DNA of 64,000 nt from Tricharina praecox (GCF_024521635.1 NW_026250404.1:1302001-1366000), one strand, 5' to 3'. Shown: positions 1-14,256, counted from the first letter of the stretch. Notes: generated by a model not told the origin, from the sequence alone. Translations and numbers: made by a program.

Positions 1-3000
1 TAAGCGACATCTAGCCGTGGAATGTCCGCTTTCAGTCAAGCATGTATATCCAACAGCAACAACTACAACAAAAACAACAACTACATACAACAACAACGGC
101 AAAGGACCAACGCAACTCACCCCACGTTCGAAATATTGCCTACAGGCACAATCACGACTATCCTCACCGGCACGCACCATCCGTCCCGGCGGCCGCGGCG
201 TTGGAGGCGGCGTCAGCATCCAGATGCCCGTTCCTGGCGCACATCACCACTCTTCCGACAAGCTTCGTGGGCACATGTTGCTCCACATGGCTCCCAACGA
301 CCTGTCGACAGTTCTCTTTTCCCGGCAGCACGGGAATGCATGTATGGTACTAAACTTCTTCCGGGGGGCCAAAGTAGGTATCTCGGTAAATACATGTAAG
401 TACCTGCTCCATGTCCTCGATACATATGCACACTGTGCAGATACTGCTTCGGTGAAAGGGCCGCGGCGGGCCATATGCCTCCGCCTGACTACCCATGGGC
501 GGCAGTGTCTGCTGTATGATAGGTACATATGGTACTTTGCTATACCTACTCTACTATGGCTGCATCAATTGCTGGGCCAGGCCTCAAACAGACAACTGCA
601 GAGGTACTCGTGCAGAGACTCGGAACCATAGTTTCATCTCTCACCTGCCTACATTCTTATGCATGCTGAAGGTTTCTTCAGGTTCCGGAAATGCAGGCTA
701 ACAGGTACCTCTCTGCTATAGGTTCGACGGGCACTTGCTTTGGTTCATCAGGCCTTCGTTCGTTCAAGGTGAGGACGACCTATCACCAAGTATGCATACG
801 ATCGAGAAAGTGCACCCTATGCATATCTTTTTCTTTTCTCTGAAGAAGCGCACTGCCGGTCGTCGTCGGTGGCTCGTGTGGCGCCGTAAGCTTCCTCGGT
901 AAGCCTACTACTTCAAGCTTTCGCTGTTGCACTCGGCTTTAGTTACTTACGGAAGCCAAACGGCTCGGTTCATTTGCCTCGGGCCCTCCGCAAGATTTCA
1001 TCGTTGGGAACGCACACATACCTACGCACACCGTTTTCCCGCATTTCTCCGCGGTCTCTACTCAGTACTCTATCTACTGGTAGGTACGGTAGGTATCCCT
1101 TTGAGTGATTCCTTTTCGTCGCCCTGGCTGGAATCTCTATTCTTACTTACTTTTGTACCGATTAGCAAGCCTTGCCCTGTCCGTCCGTCCGTCGTTCGAA
1201 TGATTCAACTGACTGGCTGCCCCGCGGTCGGCCGGCCGGTCGGTCGACGGCTCCACAGCGGCGGGAACCGTATGTACATATCTACGTGTGTACCACACAC
1301 ACCTCGGATCGACGCTGTCAAAAAAACATCTTACCCACGTTTTCGTCACCCATGGATAGAGATAGGTGGTTGTTTCAAGTTCATCTCTCCCGTGCTTCCC
1401 GCGCACAGAGCCCCTCCCTACGCTCTACAGACACAGACACAGACTCACAGACTCCGTCAACCAAACCCAATTACTACTTAGTCACGCCCCCCTCCCCCCG
1501 GCCGCCCCCGAAAGAAAAAAATCTCTTCAGAGATGCGTGGAAAGAGGAAGGACCGCGACCAAGTCAAGGCTCTGATGAGGAAATAGGGGGGAGCCAGCCC
1601 GATGGCCGCGAGAATCCGAGTCGATTGCCGGCCCTTTCCCCCTTCACCCACCAAGGATCCCAGTGGCCCTGCGTCGACCGGAACACGCGTAGAAGAGATC
1701 GTGGGATGTGAGGATATTGGTTTATCTACTCTGCCTTTAGTTGGAAATTGCTCTGTCTGCACGCCACACATTACAGAGCTGGGCAAATGCGTCCCGCCAC
1801 CCAACCTGTATAGAGTACCTACGCGTTTGTTGCACCGATCACGAGGGAAGTGCACCGGCACCTGCAACTGCACTCTCCAGTTGGGTCCGTCCGTTTCTCA
1901 TAGGTTTTACCGTGACGGCAGAGTCTGTAGATCGAATGGCAGTTGGGCCTGCCCCTTCTAGATCTTGATCTTCATCGGTACTCTACATACCATGCCCGCA
2001 TGCTGAAGAGAGGTTGATGCCATCGTACCGTGTACGCCTAGCAGAGCGCGTAACAATAATAACTCCTACATGCTCGGGCCTGCACACATCACTTCCATCA
2101 TCATCATCACGCACGCCTCGCGGGTGCATAACTATGCTACCCCATCTTCACCAATGCGGACCTCCCTTGAGAGCAAAATAGTACGGCATCGTAATCCTAC
2201 ATACATCACTATTCCACAACCCCATCTAGGTACATGAGTAGTAATTGTCTTGGTCCTGCTGGCCAATAGAATCCCTCTACCAGACCTCCGTGCTGCCTGC
2301 CGCACCACCGTAGAAGTGACAGCTCTAGGTCTTATAGGAAGCTCGAGTCTTATGCGGATCGATCGAGAGAGAAGAAGAAGAAGCAGAAGAAGCCTTCTTG
2401 GCCATATTGTCATTGCCATTGCCATGTCCTCTCTTCCGCCCACCCATTCGCCCACCCATTCGCCCACCCACCACCGCACTCGCCTACTTGCTCCCTTTCG
2501 TCCATGCCACCTCCCCCCCTTCGTCCACCCCTTCCTCCCCGTCCTCCTCCTCCTCCCGCAACTCTCCACCCTTCTCCCCCCCTACCCACGTTTGGAGTAG
2601 CCCTCATCCCTGTGTCACTGTTCCCAGTCCGGGTTGGCTCTTGCACGCTTCGCCAAAAAGCGTAGTTTCGTACTCTACTAGCAGTATAGAACCATCGCTA
2701 GATCCCCATCACTCAAAATGCGACACCATCCTCCGCCACTACCATTCCCGACCCAACGTCCGGGATTTCTCCTGACCCTGAACCAGCAAGAAGCAAGCAA
2801 CAGGCAAGCAAGCAAGCAGTGGAAAGTGAGATGTGAAGTGAGTGCAAAGGCAAAGACCGACGAGCACACGCTTCTGCTTCTTGCTGCCTGCTCTGCTAAC
2901 AAAACTACCTCTATCTAACTACTACTACCCCCCAGCTCCTTTGGTTCGCCGCTGCTCGCTGCCGTTCCCGTTAGGCCCAACTGCACCTTCCTCCTCCTTC

Positions 3001-3337
3001 CCAGCGCCCTCCTCCCCCCATCCCTTCCCAGCTACCATCCACAGTCCACTCTCCTCCATTGCCTCCCCCACCCACCACACCACCCCCCCTCCCCCCGACA
3101 TCGTTGTCGAGTCTCGCGGGTGCTGTTGTTGGCGTCACAGCTGCCGCTTTCATCCAATAAACATCAATAACCCACTCTACCACAAAGAACCCTCCGAGAA
3201 CCTTCACCACTACAAACCCTCCTCCAAAAAAAAACCCACTCTCCTTCAGCAATTCCCCCCTCCCCCCTCCCCCCCCACCCCCCACTGGTTATACTCACCC
3301 GGTTACATACTCGCTCCTTTGCTCTCTTACTGCATCC

Positions 3338-6300
3338 ATGTTCCGTCTCGGTTCCAGATCCAAGAGCCCGCGGAGGGCGGCTGCGGCCATGTACAATAGT
3401 GCCAATCAAGGGGTTGTATCAAGTACAGGAAACCCCGGTTCTCCAACATCAACGGCCGCTGGCCAGGATCCACAACACCTTCAAAGGCCTTTCTCTTCCT
3501 GGAGTTCGGCAGAATCCTACTCTTCAAATTCGTCAGGATCCCTTCACCGACCCGGACCACTGCAAAAAGGGGCCGGTCGCCACAACAACAGCAAAGACTA
3601 CAACAAAAGGCCGCTCTCCCCCACTGCTTCAATAAGTACGGTCACAACAAGCACATCCAGCATGACCAGGAGCACTCGCAGCTTGCTAGGCAGGGGCCGC
3701 AAGCAGTCGGCCACCAGCGTGAACGAGGAATTCGATCCCACCACTTTTCGGAAAAATCGAAGCCGGCCGGCATTGGGCGCGCGGGGCCATGACGCGATCT
3801 ACGATGAGTACAACGACCTGTTCGAGGAGGAAGAAGATGACGATGAGGATTTGTTCGGCGACCGAGTGGGAGCCGAAGGATTGTCTCGGATCGATGGCGG
3901 TGACGGCAAAGGACAGGACGGCAGCTTCTTCCTGTTGCAGGTCGCAGATTCGACGCCGGTTGCAGCGCGAAACGCAGCGAATGGGAGGCGAGAACACGGT
4001 TCCAACGACATCTCGCCGAAAACGCGGCGGCCCGCCAATCTCGCGCCCATCACCATCGCCAATCCTCCACACGAAGCGATCCTCACCATTACCCCACCAG
4101 CTCCTCCCACCCCACCACCGAAGTCATGGAGACCGATCCTGACGACGACGCCACCGAGAAGCACCGCTCCATCGGTCGAGGAGACGATGGACGCGCCTTC
4201 GGCCCCGATCTTCGCTCCTCCCACACCACCACCGAAATCGGCTCCGCTGTCGATCGACACCGAATTCTCGAACGCGAGTTATCGGATGGGCGATCGGATG
4301 GGCGCGCAAACGAGCGATTTGTCCTATTCCTCGTCCCACAGAACCGCACCTTCGGCGCCTGCCACGAGGACGAAGCACCCGTTCGGCGAGCGCGTGTCGT
4401 CCAAAGGCATCAAGCAGACGCGGTCCATTCCGGAAGGACTGGGGGTTAGCATTCCCTCGCCCACGCTGTTTGCTGCTACTCCGGGCGCATGGCCGGACCG
4501 CTCAAGTGCCTACGCTCCGACGTCACACCCAGTACAACTTCCCACCTCCTCGAACAGCGATGTCTTCCCGCAAGATCCCACACAAAAGAAGATTATCCCG
4601 AATATGCGTTACAGCGACACGGACATCGAAGGCGTAAAGCCAGTCGTTCCGTTGAAGCTGAGGCAGAGCAGTAGCAAACCCGAATTCTACCGCCCACCGA
4701 TGGAGGCCGTTGTGGCGGTTGTCAACATTAAGTCTGTTGACGACAACGACGGCGATTGTGACGCAAAAGGCATTGCGGCAGAGACAGAAAAATCGATAGA
4801 CGACCTGCTCGAAACACTCTCCAGTGAGAACCGCAGGAGCAGGCAACGATCGATCGCAAGGAAGTTGTCGCTTTCGGGAGAACTAGCCCTCTCTCGGGCT
4901 ACCACCCCTGAGCCTGGATTGGAGGTTTCGGTGTCTGCATTCGAAAGAAGCGGAACCGTCAAACGGACAAGTCACGGTGATAGCAGTAGCAGCAACGGCA
5001 ACGGCACCCATCAAAGAAATGCCTCAGAAGAGATGGCGGTAGAAGATGCGAAGGACACCGATCCGGCTTATCTTCGGGCTTTCCGAGAGTTTGTTAACGC
5101 TTCCGCCGACAACGATGCCTTCGTTTCTCGGGCGCCGCGATTCGATGCGATCCAGGCGCACAGAATATGCACGCGACTCAGGGAGGAATACCCACTACAA
5201 GTGAACACACTCCCTAAGGAGCGGCAGCCATCGGAGGCAAAAGTACGATCACGGTCAAACAGCAAAGCACGTCTGAGAGAAGCCGGCGAGGAAATCATGA
5301 CCAGCTTGTGGGCATTGATGGCGTCGCGATGGCTGAGCTTTGGCAAGATGCTCATCAGCCCAGCTCACGAGATGATGGTTGCATCCAGCGCGAAGCAGTT
5401 AAGCAAGAGAGCGACGGTCAGGTTCGATGGAAGAGCCGCGCAGATGTTGGCCGAGGCAGGAAGCCGACCGTCGGTCTCAATGGAGAAGGAGAAGCGGCGG
5501 ATACTTGATCTCGGAGGGATGCCAGTCGGTACGTATTGCTTTTGAACCGATCGCACATGGCTCGTACTGACAGAAGACTTTTAGCGGATTGGGGCTGGCA
5601 CTGCGCTGTTGACTATCCAAAAGTCAAGGTTTTCACTGTCACACAGCGTCCGCTGACAGCTACGACAACCGCGGCATCCCCCGAGATTCCTCCGGTCGCT
5701 GCCCCTCCCCACTTCCGCGGCCCGAAGAACCACCGGCATCTCACCATTGACCGTCTCTACCGCCTTCCCTTTCCCGATAATTACTTCGATGTGGTCTCGA
5801 CGCGCACGCTCTTCCTGATTCTCAAGAGCTCAGCACCATCCCGATCACCTAGCCGGACGCTGGACGAGTACGACCGCTGCCTCGCGGAATGCATTCGAGT
5901 GCTCAAGCCCGGTGGATACCTCGAGTTCATGGTCCTCGACAGTGATGTCATCAATGCGGGTCCATTGGCGAGCGATCTGTTCGCTCGCTTCTCTGCAGCA
6001 CTGCAGAGCAGCGGACGCGATCCGGAGCCCACCAAGCGGTGGATCTCGAGACTCAACAGCGCTGGCTTCACTGATATCAAGCGCGCTTGGACATTCATGC
6101 CCCTGGCGCCGCCGGTTTCGAAGCCGAAAGTACCCACCAAGGACAACAGTGATATAGAGGCGGTGCCGCCGCGACCTGGAAGTGATTCGCACGATCCCGA
6201 GGTGATCGCGGAGCAGGTGCGGAGGCGGATGCAGACGTGGGAGGATGTGGGCGTCAAGGGGAGTACCAAGGACGTGGCCGCCGTTACGGGACTGCTCGGT

Positions 6301-6438
6301 GGGTGGGTGTGGGAGAAGTGGTTGAGGGCCGCTGGAATTGCCGACGAGGGCATCCTGGGCAACGTGATCGAAGAGGCAAAAGAACGGGGCAGCGGGCTGA
6401 GGAAACTGGTGGGTTATGCCAGGAAGCCGTCGCTGTGA
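3338..6438 (+). CDS. Fungal protein with long Ser/Pro-rich disordered N-terminus and C-terminal class I SAM-dependent methyltransferase-like domain; exons 3338-5528, 5585-6438
   Basis: ORFs 3338-5545 and 5536-6438 are joined by a 56-nt intron (GTACGT...CTGAC...TTAG, 5529-5584), giving ILDLGGMPV-ADWGWH. Downstream LPFPDNYFDVV and ECIRVLKPGGYLEF are methyltransferase motifs. Confidence 0.85.
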
Positions 6439-8940
6439 GGATTTGGTTGGGACTGATTGCTGGTACTGGACGGGGGGACTTGGTGTGGTTGGGTTTTATA
6501 CTGTACAGGAGGGCTTGTTTCTCAAAGATTTGCTTGGTTTTGTTTGGTATGGAGGGGTAAGGAGGGACTTGTTTATTTTTGCTGTTTATTCTGTACATTG
6601 GGCGTTCCGAGGAGTCGTTTTTTGTTTGTTTGTTTTGGCTTATTTGCGAGCGCATTTGCTGTTTCAGGCCTCGGTTTTTTTTTTGGGAAGGGGGCGGGGG
6701 TTTTATCTGCGACCATACAAAGTTCTTTCTTCCTTTCTTTGTCTATTATTTTTCTTTTCTTTTTTATTCGTCTTTATGGGGGGATTCTTCACAACTGAAG
6801 GGCTGCGTGCTAGCCTTACATTACATTACATTACTCTACTACATTACTTACTTATGTTATCTTGTGTTGCCCGGTTGGCAGCTTTACATTCTTACTACCT
6901 TACTACCTTACCTTACTACACCTACTGCATCTTATTATACTACACTACACTGCTACACTGCTACACTGCTATCATTTTGTTCCGTTTGTTCACTTTTGTT
7001 CACTTTCCTTCTTCTTATATAGACGTCATCCTCCTCCAGGCTCTTCCTCCTTCTTGTCTATACTGTACTTAGCCGGTCTCTATGTTTATGAACGTCATTA
7101 TCATAAAATTGAAAAGATATCTACTTACCTTTACTTGTGCGCTGCCGGCTTGCATGAAGGTGGCGGTGATAATCGGTTATTGGTTTGCTTTTTTTTCTTT
7201 TCTTGCAGAGGGAGACCGATAGCGAGTGATATAATGTGTTTTGGCTTTAGTAAATAGTAAAGAGCAACGAACGTCGGGGGATAAGCTTGCTGGTGAGTTG
7301 GGTGAGTGGGAGGGTAGTTGTTGAGCGTAAGGAGGCTAGAGTAATGGTCTGATATACAAAGGTAACTACACGAAAACCACTGTTTATTCTTGGTGGTGAA
7401 TGTTGAATGCTGGAGGTTGGAGGTTGGAGGTTGGCCGTTGGAGGTTGGATAGACATTGCGTAGTTGTTGAGTTGATGTAGCTAACTATAGTATGTACTTA
7501 GGTACCTGGTACTCATGCTAAGCCCAAGTTATAGATTCTCAAGGCTGACGATCTCTCTTTACCACGGGTCATGAACCGTCATTCGTGGGTCGTGACATAT
7601 CATGAAGTACCTACTCTACCGGTATACCATCGCCAACTGATTGATGTAATTATACGGGAAAGACGAGAAAAGAGAGAAATGAGACTACTAATGAAGGGAA
7701 ACGGGCTCGTGTAAACAGCGAGATGAAGCCGGGCCTCAGCCAGAGGGCTGGGGGCTTGAAGGCTTAGATAACTAAAGAGGCTGATTCTGGTGAGAAGCCA
7801 GGGACAATGCTATGTAAGCAGCCACGGCGGCCACGGCGGCCACGAAGGCTGTACCTATGCGACGATGCAAAAGTATTTTTTTCGAGTACAGAGAAAAGTA
7901 CTTAGCAGTGACACCAGAACAGGCGATAAGACGCATACCTATTTAATATCAACAGCGAGTGTTGAGAAGTAAGTAGGTACACACGAGTAAATATTTCTGT
8001 TGATTGCTTCGCAAAACACAGCGGACGACCAGCTATGTAGGTAGACATACCAGAAGGAAGCAGAAGCAGATATGAAAATCAAACAGGATTCTCGAGGCGT
8101 GCAAATATTACCAATAGGTATGACAAATGTGCAGTATCTTGGACGAGTGACGATGTGGCTTTTCTGCGAGAATGGCAACAGCGGGAGCTATTTTGGAGGA
8201 GGAGGAGGGGAGGTTGAGTGATCGCTGGCTGAACAGCGTAGCTCATAGAAGCCTGGAAGAGGGTTGCCTACTGTGCGTGCACGGTTGAAGACTTGAAGTA
8301 CCATACAAAGGTGCGATAGTGATGGGTAGTATTATTGTACCGAGTGATAGAATGTGACGTCTATCTGAAGTTCTGATCCTGCTGGCTGGCTGGCTGGCGA
8401 TTAGAGTACCCACCACGGCAACACGGCAACGCGGCAACACGGCACGACGCTAGAATGCCACTATTGGAATACTTTCGTAATCTGTAGTCTTCTGGGCTGC
8501 TGGATTTTGCAGTATGTAGGTACCTATTATTATTGCTTGATGGCAAAGAAAGGTAGGTAAGATTGGATAAATCATACAGCCCCGAGTGTCCGAGTAATTC
8601 CACACAGGAGCAGAGCAATTCATGGCGACGAAGATGAAAGCCACGAATGAAACAAGAGTGCACCACGGCTAAAGTTCGCGAGAGCAAGCGTGGAATCGCA
8701 AGCAGCACGCAGAGCTGCCATACATATCACTTTCCTCCGATTTCCGAGGAAAGGTGGAGTAGGTACCTATGTTGGACGTGGTGTCGTCGCGGATCCACGA
8801 TCACAGTGGCGGCAGTGCGGCTTTTCGAGTATGTAGGTAGCCGAAGGATCGGGAATCTGTGCTGAGTATGTAGGCGGGGAAAGCTGGGGAAGCGGGGGAA
8901 GCGGAACGGATCGAGGTCCGGTTCTACGGATGCGTCGAGC

Positions 8941-8941
8941 G

Positions 8942-9003
<62 letters not shown>
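8941..9003. repeat. (GTT)21 microsatellite
   Basis: Perfect GTT run seen directly. Confidence 0.98.
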
Positions 9004-9281
9004 GGAACACGCATGACAATCCAGTTGCTGAAGCACCTATGGCGGGCGTATTGAGGACCTTACCGGGTCTTAACCAGCAAGGGCGCGCCCCGCTCTAATT
9101 TTACTGTGCTCTACTGATCTGTAATGCAGAGTACCGACTGGTACCACAGGCCCTTTAATTTGCTGCTAGACAACCGTACTGTCTGGTACTGGACACGCAG
9201 TAGCAGACTATCGCCGCGTATTACCTGCGGCTGCGACTGCGACTACGAGCACACGTTTTGCTAGTACAGCGGAGTAATACT

Positions 9282-9537
9282 CAGTACCACCCAGTACAGA
9301 GCGGTACCGCTATCGCCGCATCGGCGGGCCCGCTACTGACGCTCACTAGCTGTAGCGGCAGTGGGTAGGATACATTGGGCGGTGCAGCTCCAGAACCATC
9401 AGTACTGCTCAGTACTGACCGATACCGCTATTGCCGCATCGGCGGGCGCGGTACTGACGCGTACTGCTGGCAGCTATGGCAGGCAGGATACATTGGGCGG
9501 TATCGCTCCAAAAGCGTCAGTACTGCTTGGTACAGAG
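9282..9537. repeat. Degenerate tandem repeat, 118-bp period, ~2.2 copies
   Basis: Units start at 9282, 9400 and 9518 (cagtac...). Shared blocks are taccgctatYgccgcatcggcgggc and aggatacattgggcggt. Confidence 0.85.
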
Positions 9538-9722
9538 ATGTGAAGGCAGAAGATTCAAGAAATGAAGGAGTGTGGGAAAAAAACGAGGGTGAATGAAGCG
9601 AGAAACCTAGTGGAGGGCTTGCAGTTCGCTCTTTATGCCCAACAAGCAAGAATGGTTTCAACGATTTACAATTTCTACCCAGACAAAAAAACAGACCAGT
9701 AAAGTAAAGTAAAGGACTCCAA

Positions 9723-11781
9723 CTACATCAACCCACCCTCACTCGCCGCAATGCCCAATGCGAGGCCTCTCGAGAACCACCTAGTAAAGCCCAGATTACC
9801 ACCCATGAAGTAAAGGTTCCTCTCTCCAACCCTCTTCCACATTCCCCTGAGCTCGCCCGTGTCCTCTCCAATGCCCCAAACATCCTCCACACCCTTTACT
9901 GCATCCTCACCAAGGATCTTGGCGGCAGTGGTCTTCATGTTCGCGTATCCGGTCGCGAACACGATCTCGTCGGCCGCGAGCTTGCTGCCGTCGTCGAATT
10001 CCACGCCGTCGGGAACGATCTTGGTGATTTCGTGGCCCTGCTTGAGTTTGATCGCGCCCGAGCCGATGAGGGCGGATGCGCCGACGTCGAGATAGTAGCC
10101 TATATGGAGGATTTTCTCAGCGGGTGTGCATTTGGGGGGCGTCGGGAGAGGGGGATCAGCTTACCGCCTCCGCGCTCCATATATTTCATAAAGAATCCGC
10201 AGCCGTGAGGCCCCTTGTCGAGTTTGAACCCGGCTGCGACAAGGGCATCGTTGATGTGCTTATCCCGCTTGTCGATCGCTTCGGTGACGGCGATCTGATT
10301 TCGCTTAAACACACGGACGGGGGAGGACATGAGGATCATGTCTGCGTCTTCAACAGATGCGGGCTAAAGACTTTGTTAGATGAGACTGCATATGGAGGAA
10401 TGAGTGTAGGTGCCACAAACCCCATCTTCATCGTAGAGCCCTTTGAGGAGGACATCCAGCCCATTCTCCGAGGTCATAACATATGTGGTGCTCCGCTGGA
10501 CGATGGTAACATCATATCCCTTTTCGTAATAATCCTGGGCAATATCATGGCCACTATTGCAGCAGCCCACCACCACAGCTTTCCTCTTCTCACCACCTTC
10601 CATCTTCGCTCCGGGGAACCCAGAGGAATGGCACAGCACGTCTCCCTTGAACGTGTCCATTCCCGGGAATGTGGGCATGTTTGGCTCGCCGGAGTGGCCG
10701 GTGGCGATGATGAGATGGCGCGGCTGTAGCACACGAGTGCCGGAGGGGCGGGTGACGGTGACGCTCCAGGTATTGGTTTTGGGGTCCCAGGAGGAGTCGG
10801 CAATTGTGGAAGAGGTCCAGACATTGAGTTCTAGCGATGATGCGTAGGATTCAAACCAGTCCCCGAGCTTGTCTTTGGGCGTGAATTTCGGCCAGCATGT
10901 GGGGAAGTTGATGTATGGCAGGTGATCGTAATTGACGGGATCGTGAAGGACTGCCAGAATTAGCCCATCGATTCGAACAATGAAGAAAAGAAAAAAGTGA
11001 CTTACCCAGCTGGTGATACCGCTTTCTCCAGTTGTCTCCTACCCGCTCATTCTTATCGATTATGAGGGCTTGGATGCCGATCATCTTTAGCCTAGCTGCA
11101 GCAACCAGGCCACCCTGCCCAGCACCTATATCACCCTATCTATTAGCTCTCGTTTAATGCATCTCGCCACCTCAACGATGGATACGCACCAACGATCAGC
11201 ACGACAGGCTGACTATCCACGAACTCAACCTCATCAGCTCTCCTCTCCTTCCAATTCCGCCGTGTCTTGTTGGCCCCATGGCTGACACCGACCGGCCGGT
11301 TCCTCCCCACTCTCTCAGGGAACTTATCGAGTTCCTTGAGAGCAGTGAACATAGTGTATGCCTTCCACACGCCCTTGCCCTCGCCATCAAGGTCCTCGAG
11401 CAGCTTGACTATACCCTGGCCATTCCCCATAGTAGTCTTGACATCGACGAAAGCCGTGATCGCTGGGACCTGACCTGCGAAGTCGACCGGCGTGGCTGTG
11501 ACGGCGTGGCTGCGCGAAAGGGAGATGGATGTGATGCGGCCAGAGGAGAGGAGCTCGTGGATCTTGGCTGGGGTCTCTGCGGTCTTGTAGTCCCAGGACA
11601 GGCAGAGGTGATCGCGCCAGAAGCCATCAGCGAGGAAGAGGGAGGAGACTGATTTCGAGTCGGGGGTCTTGAGATATGTGGCGAAGGATGAGATCCAGGC
11701 ATCGATTGGAGTGGATACGTCTGTGGGTGCTGGTCTGGGCTTGGGGAGGGTTGCAGGTGTGAGCGAAACTGCGGGAGCCAT
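9723..11781 (-). CDS. Flavin-containing monooxygenase (FMO/YUCCA/CzcO-like); exons 11781-11190, 11125-11006, 10950-10421, 10363-10165, 10099-9723
   Basis: Four GT-AG introns restore FAD motif VLIVGAGQGG, GDNWRKRYHQLVLHDPV, IIATGHSGEP, FKGDVLCHSS, NADPH motif VVVGCCNSGHD, GGYYLDVGAS and IVFATGY. Confidence 0.92.
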
Positions 11782-13809
11782 GATTGTGATGCTGATAGTG
11801 ATGGTGATGCGCGGAAGACTTTACTAGATGAGAAGATGAGATGAGAAGCGATGAGATGAGGCAAGAGATAGGCAGGCGATTGCCAGAGGTTTATATACCT
11901 GCCGTGAGACCCTCTCCATGGGGGCTAACTACTGACTGACCACGGTTGCAGAAGAGGGGATAGGTGTTTCTTTCACGAGCCCGAGACGCATGTGGTACTA
12001 CGATTTGATACACACGCAGCTCTGGAAGCGATCCGAGCCCAATATCGCAATCAGATTGAGAGATACCTGCTGCAGCTCTTGTGCGCTTGCGTCGCGCATA
12101 TCCATCTGCCCGGAGCTCATCGACATCACGAGTTTGGTGCTGAGATGACATCGCGGAGCTCGTATGCTCCGGGTACTAGCTTCGGTAGGTAGGAGGAGAG
12201 TGTGGGGTAGTGCGGGGTTCGGGGAGAGTCCGGGGAAGTACGGTTATGCACGGTGGGGATTCTGGATCTGCCTCAGGGTCCGTTCATGGCGCTGGACGCC
12301 ACAGCAAGCGTGGGGGTGCTCGCCGCACAGACGCGTCTGCGCCACACCCGGGCCTCACTGATGCAGGTACATGGGTGCTTGCATGCGCTCTACTGGTACA
12401 CACATGCATAAATACATAGAGTGGGTGCTCCAGGTTTCGGATGTGCGCATAGATATGCGAATCGAGCAGCATCCTTTAGTCCGCCGTGAGACACTGGGGA
12501 TTGTTGTTATTGTTAATCCGGAAGTGTCGATACCGGTACTGTGGATGAAGAGTCTAAGGTGTGCGTCCACTCTTTCTGACCGCGGATTGAGTGCCCCGAC
12601 CGACGAATTCGACGATGATGAGCATGAAGCGATAGAGATCAATCGAGCAACAGTCCCTGGCCGGAGAACTGCACCACCACCGGGTGCTACGTCCGAATCT
12701 CAGAAGAGGGAGGAGAGTGAACTCTAGGGGAAGAGCTCAGCGCTATGCGCATAGAACCACGCTGGCCAATGACGACTGGCATTTTCCCAACCTCGCCTTC
12801 GATCCAAATATCTTCACTGCTACATGTTCATCGGGCCCGGCCTTGACAGCTATGTACGCAAACCCCGAGACGACGATTCCTTTTGAGCACTGTGCCGTGC
12901 GCGCTAGACAGGTTATGTTGAGGGTAGTACCGAGTGGTGGTACCTTTTGGAGGAGAGGAGGGTTACGACGCGCCGCTACAGCGCAAAATCGACAACTCGA
13001 GCTTCTTCGGAGGCTCACTTTCAAATATTGTGAGGATAAAGGGATTTAGACTGTCATTTCTGTTTCTGTGATTTGGTGGTGGAATTTCTCTGTCAAAATG
13101 TTGTATTGTAGATTCCTCTATCTGCCATAACCTTAGGGTTCCATGCTGTAGATACATATGATCGATCAATCGATAAATCAATCGAAGAGTCTATGCAGGA
13201 CCCTAAGAGTCCAGATCGTTGTTGGCTTGTTGGCTCGGCGGTGTTCTCTGGTGATCATGCGCTGCTCGACAACCCATTCTCGAACACGGACCCCCTGCCC
13301 CAACTACCAAGGTGCCACACTGGCGGCCTTCGGCGATGCCAAAAGCAGATTCCCGCCGTAGGAGGCTAGCAGCGCTCCGCTGGCGGCGTCCAAGCCTCAA
13401 CGTCAATGCTTTGACCGCCTCACGACCCAGGAACAGCGACACAGCCACACGATTCGTACTTTTGCGGTTGGAGGAGCGTCTTGGATCCCCGCTTTGGTGC
13501 GACGCGTACGCATATTGCTAGTGCTCACCGGACCGGCAGCACCTCCTCGATCAATGGTGCCCGCCGAGATCCCGCATCCACGCAAAGCCGAGCGGCAGGC
13601 AGCCACGTCATGCCGTGCTCGTCTCGGCGTGCCAAGCTGCCAACTTCTCGGGCTCCTCTTCAACTGCAAGGGGGGGGAATGGCCATATAAATCCCTTCCC
13701 CTCCCCCGCAATCCTTCAGTTCGATTAATATCAGCATCAGCTTCGACATCACATTCATCGCAACTTCCACTCAAACAACTCAAACTCAAACTTCGAAGAA
13801 ATCAGCACA

Positions 13810-14256
13810 ATGGGCGGCAACTTCCACACCTCGGCTCAAGACATCGTCCTGAAGGACGGCCACAAGCTGAAATGTGAGCTCAAGAACAACAGTGGCCGCA
13901 CCGTAAGTGCCAGCCTGGACCTCAACCACTACGTCGGCAACACTGATGGTATGTTCCGCCCATCCCTTCACCTTCTGTCGGCGGCCCTTCCTGACTCACA
14001 TATCACAGGCTGGTTCAAATGGAACGGCCGCGATTTCACCAGATCGGCCAAGAACATCTCCCTTGTGCATGGTGACGGCGGGCCCAAGCTCGAGGCGGAT
14101 TTGTTGTGCGCAGACGGCAGCTACCGGGCGCGCCAGGGACTTCACATCGCTGATCGGATCGAGAACAGGAACGGGGAGTTGGTTTTCCGTGAGTGGCCCG
14201 AGCTTCCTTCATTAGGTAATTCCATCGATGCTGACAGTTCCGTAGTGCACGACTAG
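13810..14256 (+). CDS. CVNH (cyanovirin-N homolog) lectin-domain protein, ~109 aa; exons 13810-13948, 14009-14188, 14246-14256
   Basis: Two CVNH repeats, NFHTSAQDIVL...SLDLNHYVGNTDG-WFKW and DFTRSAKNISL...IENRNGELVF. TATAAA at ~13686. Introns GTATGT..CAG and GTGAGT..TAG. Confidence 0.9.
   Translation: MGGNFHTSAQDIVLKDGHKLKCELKNNSGRTVSASLDLNHYVGNTDGMFRPSLHLLSAALPDSHITGWFKWNGRDFTRSAKNISLVHGDGGPKLEADLLCADGSYRARQGLHIADRIENRNGELVFREWPELPSLGNSIDADSSVVHD

Noticed and set aside
17..3300. Multiple 100-200-aa ORFs
   Set aside because: Low-complexity, no domain motifs; consistent with promoter or 5' leader sequence.
6416..7257. Hydrophobic ORFs resembling membrane proteins (also 43365-44297)
   Set aside because: They arise from T-rich, low-complexity 3' UTR sequence.
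12743..13024. HVAVKIF kinase-like motif in a minus-strand ORF
   Set aside because: No Gly loop, HRD or DFG motifs, and the ORF is short.
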